Shown: one piece after another, positions 8,131 to 17,029 of the stretch
Numbering within the stretch: the stretch's first letter is position 1
Layout of the letters: each line of letters starts with the position of its first letter
Assembly: GCA_964617035.1 (NCBI GenBank)
Contig: CAZTWB010000002.1
Location: 1 to 37,611 of the forward strand
Direction of reading: 5' to 3'
Length of the DNA: 37,611 bases
DNA from: an uncultured Candidatus Saccharibacteria bacterium
GTDB taxonomy: Bacteria; Patescibacteriota; Saccharimonadia; Saccharimonadales; JAGQNJ01
Translations under genes and position numbers: made by a program
The notes under the pieces: generated by a model
Database searches by the model: none
Told to the model about the DNA's origin: nothing
Seen by the model: the letters and a program-made list of their open reading frames with translations, nothing else

Positions 8131-9963
8131 ATGAGCATGGATAGAAAGTACGATGTAGACAAGATTAGTATCAAAAATTTGCTTGCGGATATTGAGCAAG
8201 GGCGAATTTCTATGCCAGAAATTCAGCGACCTTTTGTTTGGGATTCTACCAAGGTGCGCGATCTTATTGACTCGATATTTCGTGGGTTTCCGATTGGCTA
8301 TATTATTACATCCGTCGATCCGACATTGATTCAGAAAGATGGCACTAAAGCGGATGGTAAAACTTCTATTATTGATGGCCAGCAAAGGATTACGGCTTTG
8401 CGAGCTAGTATTTTGGGCGAAGAGGTTGTTAACAAATATTACAAACTGGTAAGAATAAAGATTGCTTACAATCCTTTTGCAGATACAGATGCCGGAGAGA
8501 ATAAGTTTGAAACCTTAACCCCCGCAATTGAAAAGAGTCCAAAATGGTTACCTGACATTTCTAGGGTGCTTAACGCCAGCAGATCGGAAGTCAACGCTAT
8601 TATTGATGAATTTGCCAAGAATAATCCAGAACGAGGCAAAGATGAAATAGATGAAAAAATTGAGGATCTAGAACGCCTAAAAGATCAAGAGATTGGTTAC
8701 ATTAGGCTGCTATCAAATCAACTAACAATCGACGAAGTTGCTGACATTTTTGAGCGCATAAACTCAAAGGGTGTCCCCTTGAATCAGGCCGACTTTACCA
8801 TGAGCAAACTTGCATCTGATAAAGAAATTGGATCGTCCGTCAGGAAACTGGTTGATTACTTTTCTCATTTAGCAAAAGAACCAGAGTTTTATAAACATAT
8901 AGAAGCGAATGATGTTCAGTTTAGAGAAAGCGGTTTGCTAGACAAAATTGCTTGGCTAAAGGATGATCGTGGTGATATTTATGACCCAGATTATAGTGAT
9001 ATTATTCGAACATCATTTACCTATAGTTTTAAGAGAGGTAAGTTAGCTGACTTGGTGGCATTATTGTCTGGAAGAAATTTTGAGGCTCGTACCTACGAAG
9101 CGCAAATTGCACAAGACACCATTTTGCAACTGAAAGACGCAGTACTAAGTTTTGTTGACAGAAACAACTATACGGATTTTTTGCAGATTATTGAGTCTAC
9201 CGGGTTTATTGATAGCAAGATGATCGGTTCAAAAAATGCCTTAAATTATTCGTATGTTGTTTATTTACTGATGAAGCGCGATAATATCAATCCTAGTATT
9301 ATCAAAAAAACAGTAGCCAAGTGGTTTGTAATGAGTGTATTGACTAGCAGATATTCTTCATCACCAGAGAGTATCATTGATCGAGACGTGAAGGAAATTG
9401 CAAGGTCTAGTGCTGAAACATATCTGGCAAAGATTGAAGATAGTGATCTTTCTCAACAGTTTTGGGATGTCGCACTTGTTAACGATTTTGATAAAGCAAG
9501 CCAGCAACACCCCTACCTTAATACATTTTTTGCATCTCAGGTTTACTTTGGCGATACGGGATTTTTGTCGGATGTTATTTTACGTAGTATACGAAGTGTT
9601 AAGGGTGATATTCACCATACCTTCCCTTATGACTATCTTAAGAAGAATGGCAAATCTGATAGATATGATTATAATCAGATTGCTAATTTTGTTTATATGG
9701 AAAAGTCAACCAATATTCAAATTGGCAACAAAAAACCAAGCGAATATATGAATATTGTTATAAATCAAGTTAAGTCTGGTAGTCTTGACTCAAAACACCC
9801 AATCGGCAAAATAACAGACAAAGATCAGCTGGCGATTAACTTAGAGCAAAACTGTATACCTGATGGCTTTGAAAACTTAGCCGTTGAAGATTATGATGAG
9901 TATTTAAAAGCTAGGCGAAGATTAATGGTTGCAAAGATAGAAAAATATTATAAATCTCTTTGA
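8131..9963 (+). CDS. GmrSD-like nuclease (DUF262 ParB/Srx-like N-domain + DUF1524 His-Me finger C-domain), candidate type IV modification-dependent restriction enzyme
   Basis: DUF262 motifs IPEIQRPFVWD and IIDGQQRITAL. C-terminal DUF1524-like GDIHHTFPYDYL ... NQIANFVYMEKSTNIQIGNK. Confidence 0.8.
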   Translation: MSMDRKYDVDKISIKNLLADIEQGRISMPEIQRPFVWDSTKVRDLIDSIFRGFPIGYIITSVDPTLIQKDGTKADGKTSIIDGQQRITALRASILGEEVVNKYYKLVRIKIAYNPFADTDAGENKFETLTPAIEKSPKWLPDISRVLNASRSEVNAIIDEFAKNNPERGKDEIDEKIEDLERLKDQEIGYIRLLSNQLTIDEVADIFERINSKGVPLNQADFTMSKLASDKEIGSSVRKLVDYFSHLAKEPEFYKHIEANDVQFRESGLLDKIAWLKDDRGDIYDPDYSDIIRTSFTYSFKRGKLADLVALLSGRNFEARTYEAQIAQDTILQLKDAVLSFVDRNNYTDFLQIIESTGFIDSKMIGSKNALNYSYVVYLLMKRDNINPSIIKKTVAKWFVMSVLTSRYSSSPESIIDRDVKEIARSSAETYLAKIEDSDLSQQFWDVALVNDFDKASQQHPYLNTFFASQVYFGDTGFLSDVILRSIRSVKGDIHHTFPYDYLKKNGKSDRYDYNQIANFVYMEKSTNIQIGNKKPSEYMNIVINQVKSGSLDSKHPIGKITDKDQLAINLEQNCIPDGFENLAVEDYDEYLKARRRLMVAKIEKYYKSL

Positions 9964-9970
9964 GGATTTT

Positions 9971-11320
9971 ATGATGATTTCTAAATCAGATTATATGTTG
10001 TTTCTTAAACACCCGGCGTGGCTGTGGGTTAAGAAGAATGCGCCAGAAAAGATTCCGCAAGTGGATGAAAACACTCAGGCAATGTTTGATGCTGGTCATC
10101 AGTTTGAGCCATATGTAGAGAGCTTGTTTGATAGTGGCGTAACGCTGGGGTTTGATGACTATGAAGAATATCTATCTCTGCCCTCTCGTACTTTGCAAGC
10201 AATTGAGTCTGGCACTAAGGTTTTGTTTCAGCCCCGATTTGAGTGGCAAGAATATACCTGTATTTGCGATATCGTGGAGTTTGTAGCGCCTAAGGCTATT
10301 AATTTGTATGAAATAAAGTCGAGCACTAGCGTTAAGCTAGAGCATTTGTTTGATTTGGCCTTTCAGAAAGCTGTTTTAGAAGGCTGTGGTTATGAGGTGC
10401 GTCAAGTTAAGGTAGCTTTTGTCAATAATAAATATGTCCGCCATGGTGAGATCAACGCCAAAGAGCTATCGGTTATTGAAGATGTGACCGAAAAGGTTGC
10501 CGAAAAAGGTGATGTCACTGCAGAATCAATGCCTTTGGCACTAGAAACTGCTAGTAGTCAACAAATGCCCGACCCCGACCCTGCCCTAACAAAATTTGGT
10601 TACAAGAATGAATGGCTTAAGATATACAAAAATATAGTTGATGTACCCGAACCCGATTATAGCAATGCTCGGCCAACCATTAACCGACCTGCAATCAAAG
10701 AATTTTTGAGCCAACTTACTTTCCCTCTTTATTTTTTGGACTACGAGACAATGTCTGGATTAATACCCTACTTTGACGGCCAGCGCCCATATCAGCAAGT
10801 GCCGTTTCAGTATTCTTTGCATATTTTACAGTCGCCAAGTGCCGAACTTACTCATAAGGAGTATTTGCGTCAGAATAATTCTGACCCTACCCGCCCTCTG
10901 ACTGAGCAATTGATTAAAGATATTGGTGCCGAAGGATCGGTGATAGTTTGGTTTGAGGGTTTTGAAAAAGCACGCAATAGCGAACTAGGCGAGATGTTGC
11001 CCGAATATCAAGAGGCACTACAAGCAATCAACAATCGGGTGGTTGATTTGATGATTCCGTTTCAATCAAAAATGTATGATGACCCACGCTTTAATGGCAG
11101 TGCCAGCATTAAACAAGTCTTGCCGGTTCTATGCCCAGAATTATCTTATAAGGAGCTTGATATTCAAGAGGGTGCTTCGGCGCAACGCCTTTGGATGGAA
11201 GCAGTACTTGACGGTAAACATCCTAAAGATAAAGAAAAAATACTAAGTGGTTTATTAGAATATTGCAAGCTTGATACTTTGGCTATGGTAGAAATTTATA
11301 GAGTACTCGATAGATTGTGA
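9971..11320 (+). CDS. DUF2779-family protein with an N-terminal PD-(D/E)xK-like motif and a C-terminal RNase-H-fold exonuclease-like domain
   Basis: D...ExK pattern (CDIVEF ... LYEIKSST). C-terminal YFLDYETM ... QYSLH ... YCKLDTLAM, resembling DEDD-type exonuclease motifs. Starts 7 nt after the GmrSD-like stop. Confidence 0.7.
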   Translation: MMISKSDYMLFLKHPAWLWVKKNAPEKIPQVDENTQAMFDAGHQFEPYVESLFDSGVTLGFDDYEEYLSLPSRTLQAIESGTKVLFQPRFEWQEYTCICDIVEFVAPKAINLYEIKSSTSVKLEHLFDLAFQKAVLEGCGYEVRQVKVAFVNNKYVRHGEINAKELSVIEDVTEKVAEKGDVTAESMPLALETASSQQMPDPDPALTKFGYKNEWLKIYKNIVDVPEPDYSNARPTINRPAIKEFLSQLTFPLYFLDYETMSGLIPYFDGQRPYQQVPFQYSLHILQSPSAELTHKEYLRQNNSDPTRPLTEQLIKDIGAEGSVIVWFEGFEKARNSELGEMLPEYQEALQAINNRVVDLMIPFQSKMYDDPRFNGSASIKQVLPVLCPELSYKELDIQEGASAQRLWMEAVLDGKHPKDKEKILSGLLEYCKLDTLAMVEIYRVLDRL

Positions 11321-11352
11321 GCATTAGCGTTTGTCTTGTAAAATGAGCATAG

Positions 11353-12627
11353 ATGAACTTTCTGCAAAAAATATACTATTCGTTAAGCCCTTATGTTGAC
11401 GGGCGTGAACGGCGCATTGCTAAGTTTTTAGATGGCTTACGTGAGGACGATACTAAACAATTAATCACTAAACAAGTGACTGGTTTGATCCAGCAAGATA
11501 TAACCGTGTTTAATTTGTGGTGTGAGTGGAGGTATCGCGGATATCGGTATTTGGGCAAGTCCACCAGACGTCAACTTTATGCTAATTTTGACCACATAAA
11601 ATCCAGCTTTAGTGATTGCTCAGCTCAATACACGGTTGATAAAGAACAACTACTCGATGAATTATCAACCCTGGGGATAGATAGTGAGCAGTTTAATAAA
11701 CACGCCGAGCAATGGGTATATATCAAGCAGATAATGGAATATCTCTCCCCTGCTAGAGGGCGATATGAATATCGCGAATCTAGTACTTTTGGTAAATTGC
11801 TACGAAACCCAAATCGTGAGTCATTGATTGGGGACTGCAACCAGATTGTGACGCTGTATATTGCTCTGTTTGCTTTGAAGTTTGATGTTCAATTACTCCA
11901 ACTTAAAACTTACCCTGGCCATGTGGCGCTCCATTTTGATGGGATTGATATTGAGGCAACGAGGGCAGAGTTTAAAAAATATGATGAGCCGAAACAAGAA
12001 ATATTACCGCTTCATGAAATCATTAGCATTAATTTGTTGGATGTTTCTGATGATTATTATCGAACCAAGAAGGTGCCGGCAACTACTATCTTAGAGTCGG
12101 CAAGACTAGCTAGCTTGATTAGTAGCAATCAAGAACTCGTTAGTCGTAATCTTGAGGTTGCCTATAACAACACTGTGGCTGAGCTGATGAGGAGTAATTC
12201 ATATGATCGGGCACTTAGCTTTGCACTGCAGAGTAATAACAACAAGCTGGTAGACGCTGTTGGTACTAATGGTGCATCTTATTATTTGCAGAAACAAGAT
12301 TTTGCAAGAGCTTTAAAGTTGAGTGAACATTCATCCGAGCAAGCCCAACTGCAAAAGGCGATTTATCATAATCAAGGTGCGTACATGATGAGTAAGCAAA
12401 ATTATCATGGCGCCATCGATGTATTTCGGAAAATAGGCGATGAAGAAGCAGTGCGGAATTGCTACGTTGGATTGTACCAGCAAGAGGCAAGCAAGCTACC
12501 CAAGCAGTTTACTTCTGCTGAGCTCAAAAACTATAAAAGCATCATTAATAATATGAATAATTATGCCAACAAATCCGGTAACAAAACCCTGATTCAACAC
12601 GTTAGCGAATTTCGTAAACACTTATAA
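11353..12627 (+). CDS. Hypothetical protein with a transglutaminase/papain-like Cys-His-Asp core and C-terminal TPR-like repeats
   Basis: IGDCNQIVTLYIALFAL ... PGHVALHFDGIDIEAT fits the C...H...D order of transglutaminase-like proteases. The C-terminal half has repeated A/Y-rich helical pairs (NSYDRALSFALQ, QDFARALKLSE, QNYHGAIDVFRKIG). Starts 32 nt after DUF2779. Confidence 0.4.
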   Translation: MNFLQKIYYSLSPYVDGRERRIAKFLDGLREDDTKQLITKQVTGLIQQDITVFNLWCEWRYRGYRYLGKSTRRQLYANFDHIKSSFSDCSAQYTVDKEQLLDELSTLGIDSEQFNKHAEQWVYIKQIMEYLSPARGRYEYRESSTFGKLLRNPNRESLIGDCNQIVTLYIALFALKFDVQLLQLKTYPGHVALHFDGIDIEATRAEFKKYDEPKQEILPLHEIISINLLDVSDDYYRTKKVPATTILESARLASLISSNQELVSRNLEVAYNNTVAELMRSNSYDRALSFALQSNNNKLVDAVGTNGASYYLQKQDFARALKLSEHSSEQAQLQKAIYHNQGAYMMSKQNYHGAIDVFRKIGDEEAVRNCYVGLYQQEASKLPKQFTSAELKNYKSIINNMNNYANKSGNKTLIQHVSEFRKHL

Positions 12628-12689
12628 ATGCAGTGTTTAACCTGTGAAAATTTCCCTAAACTGGTCAGTAATTAGTATACTTATCAAAG

Positions 12690-14801
12690 ATGAGTAACAA
12701 GTTGTTTGTTAGGCAGGATGTTGGCAAAGGAAATCCACTGGTTTTGTTGCATGGAATGTTTGCGGATGGTTCGCAGTGGGAAACTATAGCCAAAATTTTG
12801 AGTAAGGATTATCGAGTGATTGTTGTGGATCTGCTTGGGCACGGGCGTTCACCAAGACCAAAGAATGCAAAATATACCGATAAAGAACATGTTGAAGCTT
12901 TGCGAGATACGCTTGAATCTTTAGGTGCTGTAAATAATTCGACTATTGTTGGCTATTCAATGGGTGGTGCTGTTGCTTTGGCTTACAGTAGTTCTTGCCC
13001 AGAAAGTGTCGAGCAGTTGTATTTAATTTCGACTCCGTTTTACTTGCAACCTGAGCAAATGATTCCTAACAAGTATGCCGGGTCAATTATTTTTACAAAA
13101 GTTAGTACAGGCGTATTTAGCTTGATAGAAAAATTAATTCACCCTGGAAGCTTGGGTGATAAGGTGGTGCGCTTTGTCAATCAGTCATCCCAGTTTCATA
13201 AAATGATCGGCGCAAACGATAACGAACTTGATGCACAAATAATTAGTAAAAATCTAGAAATGTTGGTTCATAAGTTTGACTTTGTCGGACATCTCAAAAA
13301 TCTTAAAGTTCCATTGACTTTTTATGCCGGCAAGAAGGATATTTTTATTGTTCAGCCCCAGCTCAATGCCTTGCGTCAGTATCAACCGTTCATGGATATT
13401 CACAGGTTGGATATCATAAAGATCGACCATATGCTGGTGCAGAATTTACCAAAAGAAATTTGCAAATTAATTAAAGTTAACAAGCAGAAGTTGTTGCATG
13501 TTTCTGAAGATACTGGCAAAGGTAAACCATTGATTTTGTTGCATGGCATTGAAAGTTCTGGTAATTATTGGAAGCCGTTAATTAAGCCCTTAGCCGAAAA
13601 GCATCGAGTAATCACAATTGATTTGCTTGGTTTTGGTGAATCGCCCAAACCACTCAATATTGCTTATACTCTGGATGATCAGGTTCGTTACCTAGAGGAT
13701 ACTTTGCAAGATTTAGGAATTGATGAGTTTGATATTATTGCTCATTCTTTGGGTAGTTTAGTGGCTATTGCTTACGCCGGAAAAAATACTAACAAGGTCA
13801 AATCATTAACTTTGTTGTCACCAGTTTTTGTTCCAGATAATGCTAATAGTAAAAATCAGATTATTAAACGTTTGCATTTTGTAGATAAAATTTCGGATGG
13901 CAGTTACATGTATTCTAAAACGGCTCAAGCTTTAGGATATAAAAGAATGACTAAATATTTGCCGTTCATAAGGTCTATTCAGGGTGCGATTCGCAATCAA
14001 CATGCCTTGCGATTGGCTAGGCAAATTAAAGACATCCCGGTTAAAATTCTATATGGTGATAATGATGGCTTAATTGACAAAACATATTTAAAACAGGTGG
14101 CGAGAGTTTTTAAGAATGCTGATGTGCTTGCTATTCCTAATCAAGGACATAACTTTGCCCTATTTGATCCATCTAAGACTTTAGAATTAATCTACCCCAA
14201 CAATAAATTTAAGAACAAACCAACAAAAGCAAGCATTATCCCTCCCTCGTTTGCAAAGCAATTAGTTAGGTTAGCGTCACCAGTTTTGCTACTGGAGTGT
14301 TTGGTTTATGTAGGGGCTGGAGTGTTGTTGTTTACGGATTATGCACCATTTATATTTACTCTTGGGTTGGCGGGATATTTGTTTTATTTAGGATATTCTT
14401 ATGTTCGTGGTGCCTTTTCTCTAAAGAACGAAGGATTATCATATTTTGGGTATATCCTACTAGGATTATTGATAGTAGGATTTGGCTGGTTCTTTATCAA
14501 GAATACTAGTGACGCCCTGAAAGTGTCGTCATTAGTGATTGCGGGGCTTGTTTTATTGGCTGGTGTCGCTAGGTTGATTGTTGGTTTTACTTGGGTTAAG
14601 GTGGAGAGAATAAAAACCCAACTCTTAACAACAGGGGTATTAATGTTATTAGTTGGTGCTGGAGCCTTGGCCGGTGGATTGTTTAGTATCAAAGTTATTG
14701 TTTACACAATAGCAGGGTTATTGATGGTGCGTGGCATTCAGTTTGGGGCGTATGCAACCGTTGCTATAGCTTTTGCATATATTCGTGGTTTCAATAAATA
14801 A
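12690..14801 (+). CDS. Tandem double alpha/beta-hydrolase fused to a C-terminal polytopic membrane domain
   Basis: Two homologous hydrolase modules, each with its own nucleophile elbow (GYSMGG, AHSLGS), acid (GKKDIF, GDNDGL) and His (IDHML, QGHNF). The last ~175 aa form about 6 Gly-rich hydrophobic helices (DUF308/HdeD-like look). Confidence 0.7.
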   Translation: MSNKLFVRQDVGKGNPLVLLHGMFADGSQWETIAKILSKDYRVIVVDLLGHGRSPRPKNAKYTDKEHVEALRDTLESLGAVNNSTIVGYSMGGAVALAYSSSCPESVEQLYLISTPFYLQPEQMIPNKYAGSIIFTKVSTGVFSLIEKLIHPGSLGDKVVRFVNQSSQFHKMIGANDNELDAQIISKNLEMLVHKFDFVGHLKNLKVPLTFYAGKKDIFIVQPQLNALRQYQPFMDIHRLDIIKIDHMLVQNLPKEICKLIKVNKQKLLHVSEDTGKGKPLILLHGIESSGNYWKPLIKPLAEKHRVITIDLLGFGESPKPLNIAYTLDDQVRYLEDTLQDLGIDEFDIIAHSLGSLVAIAYAGKNTNKVKSLTLLSPVFVPDNANSKNQIIKRLHFVDKISDGSYMYSKTAQALGYKRMTKYLPFIRSIQGAIRNQHALRLARQIKDIPVKILYGDNDGLIDKTYLKQVARVFKNADVLAIPNQGHNFALFDPSKTLELIYPNNKFKNKPTKASIIPPSFAKQLVRLASPVLLLECLVYVGAGVLLFTDYAPFIFTLGLAGYLFYLGYSYVRGAFSLKNEGLSYFGYILLGLLIVGFGWFFIKNTSDALKVSSLVIAGLVLLAGVARLIVGFTWVKVERIKTQLLTTGVLMLLVGAGALAGGLFSIKVIVYTIAGLLMVRGIQFGAYATVAIAFAYIRGFNK

Positions 14802-14850
14802 CCAACATTAGGATATTTAAAGTAAGTTATATTTTAGTTTTTGATCATGT

Positions 14851-15180
14851 CTAGCTAAGAATATTGATCCAGTACGCCACACCAAACCCTAAGGTTGTGA
14901 TAATTCCTACCAAGGGGCCGGCATCCTCATAAGCTTCTGGCATCATGGTATCGGCTATCATAGTTAGTAGTGATCCAGCAGAATAAGCTAATACGAAAGC
15001 TACTACATCAGGAGAAGCAGTATCAAATAGCGCAAACCCAGCAACCGATGCCAAGCCAGAAACAAAAACCACCAAAGACCACATTGCAACTAGTGATGAT
15101 TTTTTCCATCCATTTTTAAGCAATCCAGATGTAGCACTGATCGCTTCTGGTAAGTTTGAGGCAAATACAGCAATCAACAT
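14851..15180 (-). pseudogene. ZIP-family (ZupT/GufA-like) metal transporter, C-terminal fragment only
   Basis: SNLPEAISATSG ... AYSAGSLLTMIADTMMPEAYE ... matches only the last ~110 aa of ZIP permeases. It is read through from an ArsR fragment in the 139-aa chimeric ORF 14851-15270. Confidence 0.6.
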
Positions 15181-15425
15181 AGCTATACCTACTGTTGCTA
15201 GCACTATTACTACAACTTGCTCCCTTCCCTGGCGTTTCTTGATAATCAAGCCAGCTCTTTCTAGCACCATAATATGTTTGGAGATTTCTGCAAAAGTCTG
15301 CTGATAATGTTCCGCTATCTAACTTATGCTCATCTCGATTTTGCCACACGCTCTAAAATGCACCGTCGTGTACCGTCCAATAGAGCATTAATACGAAGAT
15401 CTAGTTGTTGTGCATGTTTAACCAT
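15181..15425 (-). pseudogene. Decayed ArsR/SmtB-family regulator, paralog of the intact gene at 25065-25388
   Basis: By-eye translation gives MVKHAQQLDLRINALLDGTRRCILERVAKS, then a frameshift, then (E)MSIS-TAG-IAEHYQQTFAEISKHIMVLERAGLIIKKRQGREQVVVIVLATVGIA. It is colinear with the intact ArsR until an abrupt junction to the ZIP sequence at ~15180. Confidence 0.65.
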
Positions 15426-15564
15426 ACAGTTGAACAACACGCCCTGCCATATAAGTTATCAAGGCTTATGGGCGGAAACAAACAACAAGCATCTTGTACA
15501 CCTTATAAATACCGGGTTAAAGAATAACTATTCAATGAAGTATGTACTGTAGTATTATTTAGGT

Positions 15565-16038
15565 ATGGAAACTCTGCTTATATTTATTGCCACTATACTT
15601 GTCGCACTACTTGCGGGAATTTTTCTAGCATATTCGATCTCAGTCATCCCTGCATTGCGCCGTGCAGGCGATCAAGAATATGTCCGTACAATGCAAAATA
15701 TTAATATCGTGATCCAGAATCCCGTATTTTTCTTGGTTTTTATGGGGCCTGTCCTACTGTTGCCTATCATTTCATTCTTGGCCTACGATCCTTCGAATAA
15801 CTTGCGGTTCTATGCGCTTGTCGGTGCATCGACTTTATATATACTCGGTTCGTTTTTCATGACAGTGCTTGGAAATGTACCGCTTAATGAACGACTAGCT
15901 AGGGTAAATGTTAGCCAAGCTTCGGAGGTGGCTAAAGCACGGTCTATGTATGAGAAGCCGTGGAATAAACTACACTCGGTTAGGACGATTTTTTCAATGG
16001 CCACTGCGTCGATTCTGATCATCATACCGTACATATGA
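15565..16038 (+). CDS. DUF1772 (anthrone-oxygenase-like) membrane protein
   Basis: 157 aa with four hydrophobic helices. Family-like N-terminal pattern LLAGIFLAYSISVIPAL and NVPLN motif. Confidence 0.6.
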   Translation: METLLIFIATILVALLAGIFLAYSISVIPALRRAGDQEYVRTMQNINIVIQNPVFFLVFMGPVLLLPIISFLAYDPSNNLRFYALVGASTLYILGSFFMTVLGNVPLNERLARVNVSQASEVAKARSMYEKPWNKLHSVRTIFSMATASILIIIPYI

Positions 16039-16090
16039 TTTAATAGAGCTTTAGGCGAAATTACAGTCACTATGATCTATTCTCAGTGCT

Positions 16091-16273
16091 ATGAGTATGC
16101 TAGGCAGACAAGTCGTAATATTTGGTGCTATAGGAGTATTGAACACGGCAGTAGATATCGGTAGCTATTTGTTATTGGTATCGCTGGGATTTTCTGTTGT
16201 GCTAGCGGTGATCTGTTCAACATCTCTTGGATTGGCGTGTAGTTTATCATCTAGCGCCTCCTTAGATGTTTAG
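16091..16273 (+). pseudogene. GtrA-like membrane protein, N-terminal fragment
   Basis: The 60-aa ORF (FGAIGVLNTAVDIGSYLLLVSLG) matches only the first two helices of ~130-aa GtrA proteins. No continuation in any frame downstream. Confidence 0.4.
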
Positions 16274-16420
16274 TATGAAAAATTTAAGTTACAATACATC
16301 GATAGCTACATCGTAAAACACTCCATATTATTGCAGTCATATAGCAACTTACAAATAATTAAAATAGTCTTGTGGTTCAATAGTAGATTAATCCTTGGGT
16401 TAATACTATATACTACCATT

Positions 16421-16999
16421 ATGAGTAAGATAATTTTTGCAACCTCTAATCCAGACAAAATGCAAATCGCCACATCAGTTTGTTCTACTTTCGATATTAA
16501 GGTTGAGTTTGTAAGACTAGATATTGATGAAATTCAAGGCGAAGACGCAGAGGTTATAGTTCGTGATAAAGCCAAGCGCGCCTATGAGCAACTAAATATG
16601 CCAGTAGTGGTTAGTGACGATAGTTGGGACATTAAGGCTTTAGGTGGCTTTCCTGGGGCCTATATGAAGTCGATAAATTATTGGTTTAAGGCAAAAGATT
16701 TTATTAGGCTAATGAGTGGCGTTAAAGATCGTCGCGTAACTCTACATCAATATCTTGCTTATACTGATGGAAGTATTACAGAGGTATTCACTAATGACCT
16801 TAACGGTGTTGTTGTGACCAAGCCTCGTGGTAACGTAGAGCGAGCTCCTTGTATGGAGGTGGTGGAGTTTGATTTTGATGAAGGGCTAACCTTAGCCGAG
16901 GTATTCAATAAACAAGATGATCAGCTAATGGCTAAGCGTTATAGTAAGCATCCAGATGCTTGGCACGAACTAGCAAAGTGGTATATATCTACCAGGTAG
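16421..16999 (+). CDS. Ham1/RdgB-like non-canonical purine NTP pyrophosphatase
   Basis: IIFATSNPDKMQ and SDDSWDIKALGGFPGAYMKS resemble the ITPase motifs (ATGNxGK, DSGL..aL.G.PG.ys). ATG at 16421 is preferred over the TTG at 16331. Confidence 0.65.
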   Translation: MSKIIFATSNPDKMQIATSVCSTFDIKVEFVRLDIDEIQGEDAEVIVRDKAKRAYEQLNMPVVVSDDSWDIKALGGFPGAYMKSINYWFKAKDFIRLMSGVKDRRVTLHQYLAYTDGSITEVFTNDLNGVVVTKPRGNVERAPCMEVVEFDFDEGLTLAEVFNKQDDQLMAKRYSKHPDAWHELAKWYISTR

Positions 17000-17029
17000 T
17001 TATCGTTATTCGACCTTCAATTATTATGC

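Noticed and set aside
8068-8385. 105-aa minus-strand ORF overlapping the start of the GmrSD-like gene
   Set aside because: It lies antisense to a motif-supported gene and spans its promoter region. The translation is low-complexity (Ile/Asn/Arg-rich), so it is likely spurious.
14851-15270. 139-aa ORF as an intact gene
   Set aside because: Its first 30 residues are an internal ArsR segment and the rest is only the C-terminal third of a ZIP transporter. It is better explained as a deletion chimera or pseudogene.
15274-15552. 92-aa plus-strand ORF
   Set aside because: It lies antisense to the recognisable ArsR pseudogene, and has no motifs or SD site. Likely spurious.
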